From the NCBI GenBank assembly GCA_965217895.1, contig CBDCJV010000002.1:768001-832000 (forward strand): DNA of 64,000 nucleotides, read 5' to 3'. Below the pieces are notes generated by a model. The model made no database searches and was not told the origin of the DNA. It saw only the letters and a list, made by a program, of their open reading frames with translations. The stretch is from Waterburya sp. (lineage in GTDB: Bacteria; Cyanobacteriota; Cyanobacteriia; Cyanobacteriales; Xenococcaceae). This document shows, in pieces, positions 19,054 through 29,180 of this stretch; the first letter of the stretch is position 1, and each line of letters begins with the position of its first letter. The translations under genes and the position numbers were made by a program.

Positions 19054-22000
19054 TTAAAGACTTAATTGCTGTTGGGCTAGCTGGTAGTAGAGTCCTTGTT
19101 GGGAGATTAATTCATTATGAGTTCCTTGTTCAACTATCAAACCTCGATCTAGGACGACAATACAATCAGCATTACGTACCGTGGAAAGACGATGGGCAAT
19201 AATTAAGGTAGTACGCTGGCGAGAAAGACGAGCTAGATTATCTTGAAAACGCCGTTCCGATTCCGTATCGAGGGAACTAGTCGCTTCGTCTAGAATTAAA
19301 ATTGGCGGATCGCCTAAAAATGCCCGCGCGATCGCAATTCTTTGTCGCTGTCCACCAGAAAGACTATCACCCCGTTCTCCAACTTTGGTGTTGTATCCCA
19401 AAGGCATGGACTGAATAAAGCTATGAGCCTCTGCTAGTTTCGCCGTGGCGATCGCCTGTTCTAGGGTAAATTCCGAGCGATAGAGAGTAATATTTTCTAA
19501 GATTGTGCCTGAGAATAAAAAGCAGTCTTGGGGGACAACTCCCATTTGCGATCGCAAAGATTTAAGGCAAACGTGCTTGAGGTTGTGTCCATCGATGGCG
19601 ACTTGACCACTAAGAGGATGATACAAGCCTTGAATAAGCTTAACTAAGGTGCTTTTTCCCGAACCGCTACGACCGACAATAGCTACAGTTTGACCTGCTG
19701 CAACTTCTAGGGAAATATTTTGGAGAATGTTGGCCTCTTCTTCATTCTCGTAGCGAAAGGTGACATTATTCAACTGCAAGCTTCCCTGTAGCTTGGGTAA
19801 CATCAGTTTTGAAGCTCGCCCAGAGTCTTCTGATTTGGTTTCAAAGACATCATTTAATCGTTCTACAGAAATTAACACCTCCTGTAACTCATCCCACACC
19901 CCGACCAAGGCTAATACAGGACTAATGATATAGCCTTTCATCATATTAAAAGCGACATACTGACCAATAGTTAACTGCTCTTGTATGACCAAGGTTGCAC
20001 CGTACCAAAGCAGCACTGTTCCACCAATGGAATTGATCAGTCCACTCAGCAGTCCTAAATTAATTGCTAGCTTTTGACCTTTGAAGCGTAGATTAAGCTC
20101 ACGAGTTAAGAGATCTTCCCAACGCCAGCGTAAATCTTGCTCGGCGGTAACGGCTTTAACGGTAGATATTCCCGTCATCATTTCTACCAAAGAAGAATTT
20201 TCATCCGCAGCCGCGTTAAATCTTAACCGTGAAATTTTCCTTAATAGTGGAGTCGCTGCTAGGGTTAAAAGGACAATTGGCGGAATCAAAAGTAAAATTA
20301 GAGCCGTTAGCTGCCAGTTGTAATAGAGCATCAACCCTAAATAAATAAATCCCGTTAAGAAATCCAACCAAGAGACTAAAAGATTTTGAACTAAAAACTG
20401 TTGAATTTTCTGATTTTCCTGAACCCGAGTGATGATATCCCCCACACGACGAGATTCAAAAAACTTGAGGGGCAGGTTCAAAGCATGGTTCACAAACCCG
20501 CCAATCATGGTTAAATCTAAACGGTTTGCCAAATAGGTGAGTAAATAACTGCGTATTGCTGACAAGCCAATGCCCAACGAGCCAAACAATAAAATTCCTG
20601 TTACCAGAACATTTAAAGTTGACTGGCTTTTATTAGTCACCACCTGATCGAGAATTATCTGGGTGAACAGAGGAGAAATTAGACCCAGAACTTGAATCAG
20701 TATAGATGCAACAATAACTATAATAGCGATCGAGCGATAGGGCAGTAACAGCTTAAAGAATCTGCTCAAAGAGCGTTTTTCTTCAGGGGCTTCGTATAAA
20801 TTTTCAGTAGGCTCTAACAGCAGGGCATATCCTGTCCAGCTAATTTCAAACTCGGAGGTAGATAGCTCAAATTTTCCCCTGCCAGGATCGGCAACCAGAA
20901 TTTTATCGTTTTTGATTCGGTAAACAACCACATAGTGATCGCCTTCCCAGTGGGCAATCCAGGGATTATTTTGCTCGGCGATTCGACTCAGGCTGGCTCT
21001 TACGGGTCGAGCATAATAGCCGATGTCTTCTGCTGCTTTGGCTAAACTTTTGAGAGATGACCCAGAACGTCCAATGCCGATAATCTCGCGCAAATAGTTG
21101 ATGCTCAAACGCTTGCCCCAATATTGGCTAATCATTGCCAGGCAAGCTGCACCACAGTCAGAAGAACTTTGCTGTTCGATAAAAGGATAGGTTTTCCATC
21201 GACCACGACGCTTAATCGGTCTGGGATAATCGACTTCTTGAACTTCATCATCTATGTTTTGAGTCTCAGCCGAACTTGCTTGAAGGGAATTCGCTATGGG
21301 AGTAATACTAAGATTAGGAGTCTTGACGTTAACCAGAGCGCTAACGCTAGGAGCATTTTTAGCTTTGACTAATGGTGTTTGGCTAGATTGAGCCTCAGGA
21401 TTCTTTGACCAAGCCAAAACCAGTTCAGGAAAAAGCTTCGAGAAAGCCTGCCAATTCTTTTGAGGTAAATAATAGATTAATAGGTCAGTCTGAGCTATCC
21501 AATTATGATTGGCGGACTCTGCATCTGCCCAAGAATCTCCTGTTTTGACTTTTTGGTTTTTAATTTGACCATAACGTAACCAGAAACGGGCAGTTTGCTT
21601 TTCTGCTGTTAAGTATTCCCCAGCTTTAAACTTGCCTGCTTCAAGATAGGGCAGTAATTTTTTGAGGCGATGGCTGGACAAGGAGCGTAGCTGCGTCAGC
21701 GTTTTTAAAAAGATTAACTTTTGCTGCTGCTGAGTCATATGTTGCCATTTTTTGTTCAGCTCAGGTATTTTTTGCAGATATGGAGTTAGTTTTGCTAAGG
21801 AGATCCGAGCAATCTGAACTTTACTAGCACCTACTACCTTATAAGGAAGAGCGATAGGACTCCAAAGAGATTCACCGCCGAAGGTTGCCCCTTCTGCCAT
21901 TAAGTTGGTCGAAACTTCTCTGTGTTTATGGACATCAAAGCTTAGTAATCGCGATCGCCCTGCACAGATAAGATAAAAATATTGTGAGTCTAGTTTTTGG

Positions 22001-22197
22001 TTGTTTGATTGAGCCGTGAAACCAGACTGAGCCATTAAAACATCGCCCAATTGAAACTCAAGTATTTCAAATTGCTGGCTCAGAAGTTTGATCGACTCTA
22101 CTTTATCTGAGGTAAATTGACCCTGCTTCAACAACCACGATAAGACCGTAAAGCGATTTTCCGTAGGAAATGTCGATTTTATTTCTGTGCTATCCAT
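19054..22197 (-). CDS. Peptidase-containing ABC transporter (cNMP-like N-terminus, C39, TMD, ATPase; HetC/HlyB-like)
   Basis: QQSSSDCGAACLAM (catalytic Cys), HWEGDHYVVV, ADP; Walker A GRSGSGKST; LSGGQRQR; ILILDEATS. Confidence 0.95.
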   Translation of the reverse strand: MDSTEIKSTFPTENRFTVLSWLLKQGQFTSDKVESIKLLSQQFEILEFQLGDVLMAQSGFTAQSNNQKLDSQYFYLICAGRSRLLSFDVHKHREVSTNLMAEGATFGGESLWSPIALPYKVVGASKVQIARISLAKLTPYLQKIPELNKKWQHMTQQQQKLIFLKTLTQLRSLSSHRLKKLLPYLEAGKFKAGEYLTAEKQTARFWLRYGQIKNQKVKTGDSWADAESANHNWIAQTDLLIYYLPQKNWQAFSKLFPELVLAWSKNPEAQSSQTPLVKAKNAPSVSALVNVKTPNLSITPIANSLQASSAETQNIDDEVQEVDYPRPIKRRGRWKTYPFIEQQSSSDCGAACLAMISQYWGKRLSINYLREIIGIGRSGSSLKSLAKAAEDIGYYARPVRASLSRIAEQNNPWIAHWEGDHYVVVYRIKNDKILVADPGRGKFELSTSEFEISWTGYALLLEPTENLYEAPEEKRSLSRFFKLLLPYRSIAIIVIVASILIQVLGLISPLFTQIILDQVVTNKSQSTLNVLVTGILLFGSLGIGLSAIRSYLLTYLANRLDLTMIGGFVNHALNLPLKFFESRRVGDIITRVQENQKIQQFLVQNLLVSWLDFLTGFIYLGLMLYYNWQLTALILLLIPPIVLLTLAATPLLRKISRLRFNAAADENSSLVEMMTGISTVKAVTAEQDLRWRWEDLLTRELNLRFKGQKLAINLGLLSGLINSIGGTVLLWYGATLVIQEQLTIGQYVAFNMMKGYIISPVLALVGVWDELQEVLISVERLNDVFETKSEDSGRASKLMLPKLQGSLQLNNVTFRYENEEEANILQNISLEVAAGQTVAIVGRSGSGKSTLVKLIQGLYHPLSGQVAIDGHNLKHVCLKSLRSQMGVVPQDCFLFSGTILENITLYRSEFTLEQAIATAKLAEAHSFIQSMPLGYNTKVGERGDSLSGGQRQRIAIARAFLGDPPILILDEATSSLDTESERRFQDNLARLSRQRTTLIIAHRLSTVRNADCIVVLDRGLIVEQGTHNELISQQGLYYQLAQQQLSL

Positions 22198-22227
22198 TTT
22201 TGCTTTACTTCGTAAAAAGTCATCAAA

Positions 22228-22635
22228 TTAGCTTTTGCTGAATTTATGCAGGATGAAATTAGACATTTCCTGAAACGAAAATACTTTTCTTCCACCTCTA
22301 ATACTTTCTGACTGGCGGTCAACCTCTTCCAAATAGGTCAAATCGCGGAGCTTGGTCAAAGATTTATGGGTTGATTGGGGCGATCGAGACTGGCTACGAT
22401 GAGCCATGACATTATCTTTGACTAACTGAGGTTTCGGTTCTCGATTAACTTTCATCAATCGGTTATAGGTTCGGTAGGGAATATAGTGCAACGGGTTGTA
22501 GCCTGAAAAGCGTAGAATCAACAGGCACGCCCAAGAATATTTTCCTGAGATAATCGCTTCAACTATTTGGTTGAACTGATCCTCAGTCATCACTTTTTCA
22601 AACTGGGAATTAGCTGAATTAAGATGGTTATACAT
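22228..22635 (-). CDS. HetP-family protein
   Basis: EDQFNQIVEAIISGKYSWACLLILRFSGYNPLHYIPYRTYNRL; ATG at 22635 after GAGG preferred. Confidence 0.88.
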   Translation of the reverse strand: MYNHLNSANSQFEKVMTEDQFNQIVEAIISGKYSWACLLILRFSGYNPLHYIPYRTYNRLMKVNREPKPQLVKDNVMAHRSQSRSPQSTHKSLTKLRDLTYLEEVDRQSESIRGGRKVFSFQEMSNFILHKFSKS

Positions 22636-22779
22636 AAATGTTTCCCTCAAATAAATACTTCTCGGTTTTCTAAATCGCTATTAGCCAAGTATTGAGATAA
22701 TTTTCTCTATGCTCCCGAATAATTCTAATAAATTCTTATGGCTGTTTAATATGTTCTTTGACAAGATTTTATGCACTAC

Positions 22780-24399
22780 CTATAAATCAATGCCGTCCTG
22801 TTCCAGCTTTTTAATTGGATCGAGCAAAACATCAATAATTCGCTCTTGGCGAATCACAATATCAGCCGTAGCTGTTTGACCTGGTTTGAACAAAATTTTC
22901 TTGAGATCGTTAGTGACATAGTTGCGCTCAAGCTCTATTTTCACTTGGTAAACTGCACCTAATTGTTCGTCGCTTTTCGCGTCTGGGGAAACGGAAATTA
23001 CTTTGCCAGGAATTGCACCATAGTCTTGATAGGAATAGGCATCAAACTTGACCTGTGCGGACATTCCTTTTTTGACAAAGCCAGCTTCGCGATCGGGTAA
23101 GGCAGCCGAAAGCACCAACGGAGAGCCTTTTGGCGCGATTTCGGCTACAGTTTCTCCCGACTGAACTACTTTTCCTGTGTTAGTTACGTTAAACGATAAA
23201 ACAGTTCCCGCCACCGGAGATCTTAAAGCTCTTTTTTCCAGTAAGCTTGCTGCACCTGCTAGTTGATTTTTAGTTTCGGCTATTTTAGCTTCAGTTTGAC
23301 TAATTTCTAGCTTAATCTGCTCTGCTTTCTGTTGTGCTTCTAGCTCAATTCTCTGTTTCTCTGCCTTTTTTTGAGCTAATTCTGCTTGAAGTTGCTCAAC
23401 TTGTTTTTGTCCTGAAACTAGATCTCCTTGGCTTTGAGTAATACTTGCCTCCATTTGTCGCAAAGCTTGTTCAGACTGAAATATTTGTTCGCTAATATTA
23501 CTAATTCCTTGGAGCTTGTTGTCAGTCAACTGTTGCTGAGCCTGACGATAAGTCTGTTGAGCCTGAAAATAAACTTCTTGAGAGATTGCCCCTTGTTCTA
23601 CTAAAGGCTTGAGTCTTGCCAGTCGCTGTTGATGATCCTTTAGCTCTTCCTTGATTTGAGCCAGTTTTTCTTGGTCTAGTGCTGATAGATTCTGGACATT
23701 TTTTTGTCTGCTAGACTGAGCTGTCAACTCAGACTGCCTTTGGGCAAGTAAATCTGTCGTCACTTCGGTTTCGGCGATCGCCGAGTCTATGGCTGTTTGT
23801 TGACCCTCAACTTCACTTTGGGCAATTTGTTGCTGAGTTTTACTCTCTAATGCAACTTTTTCTAACAAGTTGCGTTTTTGATTAACCTCCAGTTGATAAG
23901 AGTCAACGAGATTTTTGAGTCGCTCAACTTCCCTAATCTGCTGGTCTGAATCCAATCTGGCGATTAATTGTCCCGCCTTGACCTCTTGTCCTTCTTTGAC
24001 GGCGATATAGCTCACCTTGGCAGATTCAATTGACTCAATTTTATAGGCTTCACCTTTCGGCACTAATTTGCCTTGCGCCTTCCCCACCTTATCAATTTCT
24101 CCAAACCATGCCCAAAGAGCAAAAAATAGGCAAAATACTATTCCTCCAACAGTAAGTCTTAGGGGTAAATTGGATGGAGGCTCATCCAACAACGACTGCA
24201 TGGTCGGCGACCATTTAACCATTGCTCCTTGATTACTGGCTACTACATCATTCTCTCGAGCGAGGTTGGATGTATCAGCCTGAGCAGGTTCAATTTTAGC
24301 TATTTGTCTGATTGATAGCTCTGAATCTGAAGACTCTCTATGGTTGTATTGATGGGAAATGTACCGTTTTAAATTAGCAACCTTGGGCAACATTTTCAT
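22780..24399 (-). CDS. HlyD-family membrane fusion protein (type I secretion adaptor)
   Basis: Single TM helix, GKLVPKG, VKEGQEVKAGQ, long coiled coil, RSPVAGTV, KFDAYSYQDYG, PGQTATADI. Confidence 0.95.
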   Translation of the reverse strand: MKMLPKVANLKRYISHQYNHRESSDSELSIRQIAKIEPAQADTSNLARENDVVASNQGAMVKWSPTMQSLLDEPPSNLPLRLTVGGIVFCLFFALWAWFGEIDKVGKAQGKLVPKGEAYKIESIESAKVSYIAVKEGQEVKAGQLIARLDSDQQIREVERLKNLVDSYQLEVNQKRNLLEKVALESKTQQQIAQSEVEGQQTAIDSAIAETEVTTDLLAQRQSELTAQSSRQKNVQNLSALDQEKLAQIKEELKDHQQRLARLKPLVEQGAISQEVYFQAQQTYRQAQQQLTDNKLQGISNISEQIFQSEQALRQMEASITQSQGDLVSGQKQVEQLQAELAQKKAEKQRIELEAQQKAEQIKLEISQTEAKIAETKNQLAGAASLLEKRALRSPVAGTVLSFNVTNTGKVVQSGETVAEIAPKGSPLVLSAALPDREAGFVKKGMSAQVKFDAYSYQDYGAIPGKVISVSPDAKSDEQLGAVYQVKIELERNYVTNDLKKILFKPGQTATADIVIRQERIIDVLLDPIKKLEQDGIDL

Positions 24400-25380
24400 G
24401 ATTTTAAAACCGCTTTACTGTATTGCTATATATATATATGTATACCGTGTATATTGATGCTCTTTATTCATAAAAAACCTCATAAAAAACCTCATAAGTA
24501 AATATTTCAAACTTTTTATGTTAATTTTTGCTAAGTTTTGCGCTGAATGCAGGTGTTTAAAGGATTGAGGTAAATAATCTTAAAAGTAAATTTACGGGGG
24601 TGTAAACAACTTTTTAAGTTTACTTTACAAGATATTTTTGACCACAATAATTAAATTTTAGATTGTGTAATATATGTTTATACGTTGTATTTCGTAAATC
24701 AGATTGTAACACGTTTTTTCATGGCTTTTTCCATGATGTAAAATAGAATACTTCTCAAAAACTGTACGTAATGCAGCAAAATACAGCAAAAACAATTGCT
24801 TTTTAGATACTTTCAAAGTATCTCAATTATTTATTAAGTTATTCAATTTCGAGTTTAAAATAAAATCTAATTGTGAAACTAACTATAATTTATCTGTATT
24901 ACCAAAGTTTTTATTATTATCTAAAAACCAATTAAAAAATGATAAAGCGGTACATAAATAAATTGTTCAATAATTGATTTACCCAGCAATCAATATTGTG
25001 CTGTTCTCATAATATTGATTACCTAAACAATGAATTTTTAGTATCAATGACCACTGAAAATATTTTATTTTTTGATAAATTCTGCTATTGCTTTTATCTT
25101 TAGTTAGCTGTAATCAACTACTTGACTATGTATAAAATATGATAAGAATTTGACTGACTAACGTTTGTCGCCATTTGCCTAACGGGGTGACAAAAAGCTT
25201 AAAAGGATAAGAGAATAAGCTTTTTAGCTCTAATACCCTGTTGATAAAAAGATAGTTTATTAGGAAATGGAATTTGGGCTATTACAAAAGATGATTTACT
25301 TCAAATGATTGGCTATAGTGGTCTGCGTTAAGAAATGACTGTAGCAGTGTATTTCAATCTCTCCAGTTACCGCTGATTTT

Positions 25381-26253
25381 CTAATTTGCTCTATAAGTTT
25401 TTGGAGTCATGCCTGTAAACTGCCGAAACTGTTTACTAAGATGGCTATGGCTATTAAATCCACACTCTAAGGCAATATCCATAATTGATCGCTCTTTTTG
25501 CATCAATAACTCTTTTGCTCGTTTTATTCGTTGCTGAAGCAAGTATTGGTAGGGAGATATTCCGAGCGATCGCTTGAATAAATGGCTGAAATGGAACTGA
25601 CTCATGCCTATCAATCGAGCTAGATCTGCCAGCTTAATATCTCGATCTAAATGTTCGTTAATATATTCGATAACTTGCAGCAGTTGACGTTCGCTTAAGC
25701 CACCCTCGTAAATAGCAAGACGAGATTGAGAAGTACAATATTTTCTGAGTAAATGTACCGCTAAAACATTTGCTAGTGACTCAATGTAAAGTCTTCCGCC
25801 TAAATTTTCCTGTTGGAGTTCCGAGAGTAACATCATGGCGATTGACTCAAGTTGAGGATCGCGAGTCCGAAATTCGGGGATTAATTCCAGGCGATCTGGA
25901 TTTAGGTTGAGAGTTTCTTCGGCAACACTTTGCAGAAAATGAGATGAGATCCGAATCTGCACAAAGCGATCGTCACTATCCCAACGAGCAAAAAACGGCA
26001 TTCTGCCAGGGGTGATGGATAAGTCGCCTTTTACATATAATCCCCTGTTAGTTTTATCTCCCTGAGTTTGCAACAAGCGTATTGGACGCGGGGCAAGAGA
26101 CATACAAATCGAGTGTTCGTTATTATAATACGTTCTTCCTTCTCCCGCAGGGTGTTGAAATTGCTCGACCAAAATATTCTCCCAACCCCTATTTTGGCTG
26201 GACAGAATCGGCAAATGGGAACATTCAATTTGATGTCTGGCTGAATTTTTCAT
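25381..26253 (-). CDS. AraC family transcriptional regulator
   Basis: C-terminal double HTH (MSQFHFSHLFK...IALECGFNSHSHLSKQFR..GMTP). Confidence 0.95.
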   Translation of the reverse strand: MKNSARHQIECSHLPILSSQNRGWENILVEQFQHPAGEGRTYYNNEHSICMSLAPRPIRLLQTQGDKTNRGLYVKGDLSITPGRMPFFARWDSDDRFVQIRISSHFLQSVAEETLNLNPDRLELIPEFRTRDPQLESIAMMLLSELQQENLGGRLYIESLANVLAVHLLRKYCTSQSRLAIYEGGLSERQLLQVIEYINEHLDRDIKLADLARLIGMSQFHFSHLFKRSLGISPYQYLLQQRIKRAKELLMQKERSIMDIALECGFNSHSHLSKQFRQFTGMTPKTYRAN

Positions 26254-26417
26254 AGGGCAAACCCAACTTATCTTTTTTAATTTTATTCATTTTGAAAAAG
26301 TTTATATCTTTGCAAAGTATAAATTTAAAAGTTATTAATTTTAATTTTCATTAAATTTGCGAAATTGCCGTCCCCTCAGTCAAATATAGCAGGCTCAATT
26401 AATCTCAATGTTTACCG

Positions 26418-26450
26418 CAAGATTTTGATAGTTTCACCAGAATTTGATAG
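26418..26450 (+). promoter_or_regulatory. Direct-repeat pair, candidate AraC-type binding site
   Basis: CAAGATTTTGATAG / CCAGAATTTGATAG between the divergent araC-like and azoR genes. Confidence 0.45.
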
Positions 26451-26502
26451 CCCAGCATGAGTAGTTTACTTAAGCTGGAATGGTGATTAATTGAGAGGAA
26501 CT

Positions 26503-27135
26503 ATGACACATTTGTTACACATTGATTCCAGTCCTAGAGGAGAAAGATCGCATTCTCGCAGATTTACTAGAGAATTTGTTGAAGCTTGGAAACAGGTACA
26601 TCCATCTGATACAGTCACTTATCGGGATATCGGTCGCAATCCCGTCCCCCATGTCAATGAATTATGGATTGCAGCAGGTTATACGCCACCAGAGCAACGC
26701 ACACCCGAACTATGGAAGGCAATTGAAAAGAGCGATCGCCTGGTAGACGAATTATTAGCTGCGGATATTTACGTTATAGGTGTTCCTATGTACAATTACA
26801 GCGTTCCTAGTGGCTTTAAAGCTTATATCGATCAAATTGTACGGATTGGACGAACCTTTGAGTTTGTACCTGAGAATCCTATCAACCCCTACAAACCCCT
26901 CGTATTAGGCAAGAAAATGTTTATCATCACCGCACGAGGTTCTTCTGGCTATGGAGTGGGTGAGCAATATGAGCATTTGAATTATCAAGACCCTTATTTA
27001 AAAGCGATTTTTAGCTTGATTGGCATTACTGATATTACCTTTATTCATGTTGAGAATGACGAGTTGGGCGGGACGAGTTTAGCAGAATCGATCGCCTCGG
27101 CTCGTACTCAAATCGCTCAACTGGTTGAGAGTTAA
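26503..27135 (+). CDS. azoR: FMN-dependent NADH-azoreductase
   Basis: LLHIDSSPRGERSHS, PMYNYSVPSGFKAYIDQI and TARG motifs; ATG after GAGG. Confidence 0.9.
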   Translation: MTHLLHIDSSPRGERSHSRRFTREFVEAWKQVHPSDTVTYRDIGRNPVPHVNELWIAAGYTPPEQRTPELWKAIEKSDRLVDELLAADIYVIGVPMYNYSVPSGFKAYIDQIVRIGRTFEFVPENPINPYKPLVLGKKMFIITARGSSGYGVGEQYEHLNYQDPYLKAIFSLIGITDITFIHVENDELGGTSLAESIASARTQIAQLVES

Positions 27136-27181
27136 AGCATTATTGCCAGAAGTGTTGGGTAATAAATCCACAGGAGATTTT

Positions 27182-27652
27182 ATGTTTGCATTAAAGCTTG
27201 TCGCCATATTAGGTTGTGGGATTATAGCTGGAGTATTTTTTGCCTTCTCGACTTTTGTAATGCCAGCCCTTGCCAGACTCAAACCGCAAGAAGGAATTAT
27301 TGCTATGCAGTCGATTAATATTACTGTAATTAATCCATTATTTATGACTGCTTTGTTTGGAACGGCGGTGATTTGCTTATTTTTAGCTGTTTTCTCCGTG
27401 TTAAAGTGGCATCAACCCATTGCTGTTTATTTGCTCGTGGGAAGTCTACTTTATTTGCTTGGTACTATAGCAGTAACGATCGCCTTCAATGTACCGTTAA
27501 ACGATGCTTTAGCAAAAGTCGATCCGAGTAGTGTTGAAGGTGCGGGCTTATGGGCTAAGTACCTAACGAATTGGACACTTTGGAATCATGTTCGCACAAT
27601 AGCAGCATTCGGAGCAACAACAGCATTTGCGATCGCTTTCCGTTTAGCTTAA
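27182..27652 (+). CDS. DUF1772 / anthrone oxygenase family membrane protein
   Basis: AGVFFAFSTFVMPAL, AMQSIN, NVPLNDAL and WNHVRT motifs; AGGAG RBS. Confidence 0.85.
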   Translation: MFALKLVAILGCGIIAGVFFAFSTFVMPALARLKPQEGIIAMQSINITVINPLFMTALFGTAVICLFLAVFSVLKWHQPIAVYLLVGSLLYLLGTIAVTIAFNVPLNDALAKVDPSSVEGAGLWAKYLTNWTLWNHVRTIAAFGATTAFAIAFRLA

Positions 27653-27671
27653 GTTTTTACTTGAAAATGAT

Positions 27672-28220
27672 ATGGAGATTTTTACCAATAGATTTCTTCT
27701 ACGAGACTTTATCCAAAAAGATGAATCAGCATTTTTTGCCTATCATGGCGATCCCAAATATGCTGAGTTTTGTGCGCCAGAAGAGGTATCACCTAGCCAT
27801 ACAGGAGAATTACTCAATCTTTTTACTCAATGGGCAACTGAAAGTCCCCGTTGCAATTATCAACTTGCTATTATCGATCGCCGAAACTTAAATTTAATCG
27901 GTTGTTGTGGGCTACGTCGCGAGAATTACGATTCGCATAAGGCGGAAATGGGAATTGAATTAGCACCGCAGTTTTGGAGTCGTTACGCTTATGCAATTGA
28001 AGTTGGCAAAGCTTTAATTGAGTTTGGTTTTAACGATCTGGGTTTAAAAGAGATTAGAGGTATTTCTGTCAGTGCAAATTTGCGGGTTGCGCGTTTGGCA
28101 AAGCGATATGGTTTTATTAAAATTGGCACACGCCCTAGTCCAGATTGGATGAGCGATCGCGGCTGGAATCAAATTGAGTGGCAACTTACCAGAGAATCTT
28201 GGAAAAGCTTATTATACTAA
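27672..28220 (+). CDS. GNAT (RimJ/RimL-type) acetyltransferase
   Basis: TNRFLLRDF, IGCCGL, AEMGIEL, N...RLAKRYGF motifs. Confidence 0.85.
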   Translation: MEIFTNRFLLRDFIQKDESAFFAYHGDPKYAEFCAPEEVSPSHTGELLNLFTQWATESPRCNYQLAIIDRRNLNLIGCCGLRRENYDSHKAEMGIELAPQFWSRYAYAIEVGKALIEFGFNDLGLKEIRGISVSANLRVARLAKRYGFIKIGTRPSPDWMSDRGWNQIEWQLTRESWKSLLY

Positions 28221-28256
28221 ATTCCATTTATATACACCACTTAAAAATAATGTAGG

Positions 28257-28289
28257 CTCAGAGGTCAGAGGTCAGAGGTCAGAGGTCAG
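28257..28289. repeat. Heptamer tandem repeat (GTCAGAG)n
   Basis: Four to five tandem copies; same unit as inside the 4418-4549 element. Confidence 0.75.
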
Positions 28290-28613
28290 GGGGGAAAAGA
28301 GCCTGTCTGCCAACTCATATTTAAAGTATGTTTTGATAATCGAATTTAGTATTAGACCTCTAAACGATACAAAGAGCGATCGCGCTTGGTTATTAAATAG
28401 TCAAACATCAACATAGGATACACGCGATCGCTCACAGACTTCATACTCTACGTTTTCAACCGCGAAATATGCAGGATCTCACCAACTACAGAAAAGCCTG
28501 CACGAGTGTAAATTCGTTTTTCTGCTTCATGTGCAGCCATCAGGAAAGGAATAGTAATACCCTGATGGCTGCCTGCAACACATAAATTATGACTGAATGC
28601 GCGATTCCATAAA

Positions 28614-29180
28614 TCAGAAATATCTTCTTACTCGATTGCAATACTCCAAATATTCCTTGCCATAATGCTCCTGCAAATAGTCTTCCTCACGTAATACTTG
28701 ACGATGAAACAGCCATATAGCTGCACCAATATAAACCAAAAGTATCCAATTTGGGAATACCAGGAATTGACCAAGTAAGATGAACGCAAATGCGACATAA
28801 ATTGGATTTCGGCCAAAAGCGAAAATGCCAGTCGTTATCAGTTTGTCAGGATGGTCTGTATCGATGCCAACACGAAAACTCTGTCCAAAAGAAACAAGAC
28901 TCCACAATAACAGCAATAACCCCGCCAGACAAAAAAACACTCCGACCCAAGAAATTACCTCAGAATCAAAAAATTCTTGTGTGCTTACGGTAGGAAAATT
29001 GAATGCAGCAGCAAACACGAGATAGAAATAGAAAATGGCAAATGGCAAAATCAAGAAATCTGTCCGATCTATTTTGCCAAAATTCATTGCTTTTATCCCT
29101 TTTCTCTTCATCAGTAAGGATCGGCTCAATACCATTCCGAGCATTAGTACAATTGTCAGTACTGAGAAATATTTTGACAT
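28614..29180 (-). CDS. Isoprenylcysteine carboxylmethyltransferase / PEMT family membrane protein
   Basis: LITTGIFAFGRNPIY and EEDYL...YGKEYLEY...V.RY motifs. Confidence 0.88.
   Translation of the reverse strand: MSKYFSVLTIVLMLGMVLSRSLLMKRKGIKAMNFGKIDRTDFLILPFAIFYFYLVFAAAFNFPTVSTQEFFDSEVISWVGVFFCLAGLLLLLWSLVSFGQSFRVGIDTDHPDKLITTGIFAFGRNPIYVAFAFILLGQFLVFPNWILLVYIGAAIWLFHRQVLREEDYLQEHYGKEYLEYCNRVRRYF

Noticed and set aside
19054..22635. Naming these genes hetC and hetP (heterocyst differentiation)
   Set aside because: Only family-level similarity is visible; orthology cannot be shown from the sequence alone
12702..24399. Lanthipeptide, thiazole/oxazole or classical glycocin assignment
   Set aside because: No LanM/LanBC, YcaO or radical-SAM gene in the locus, and the cores lack Cys
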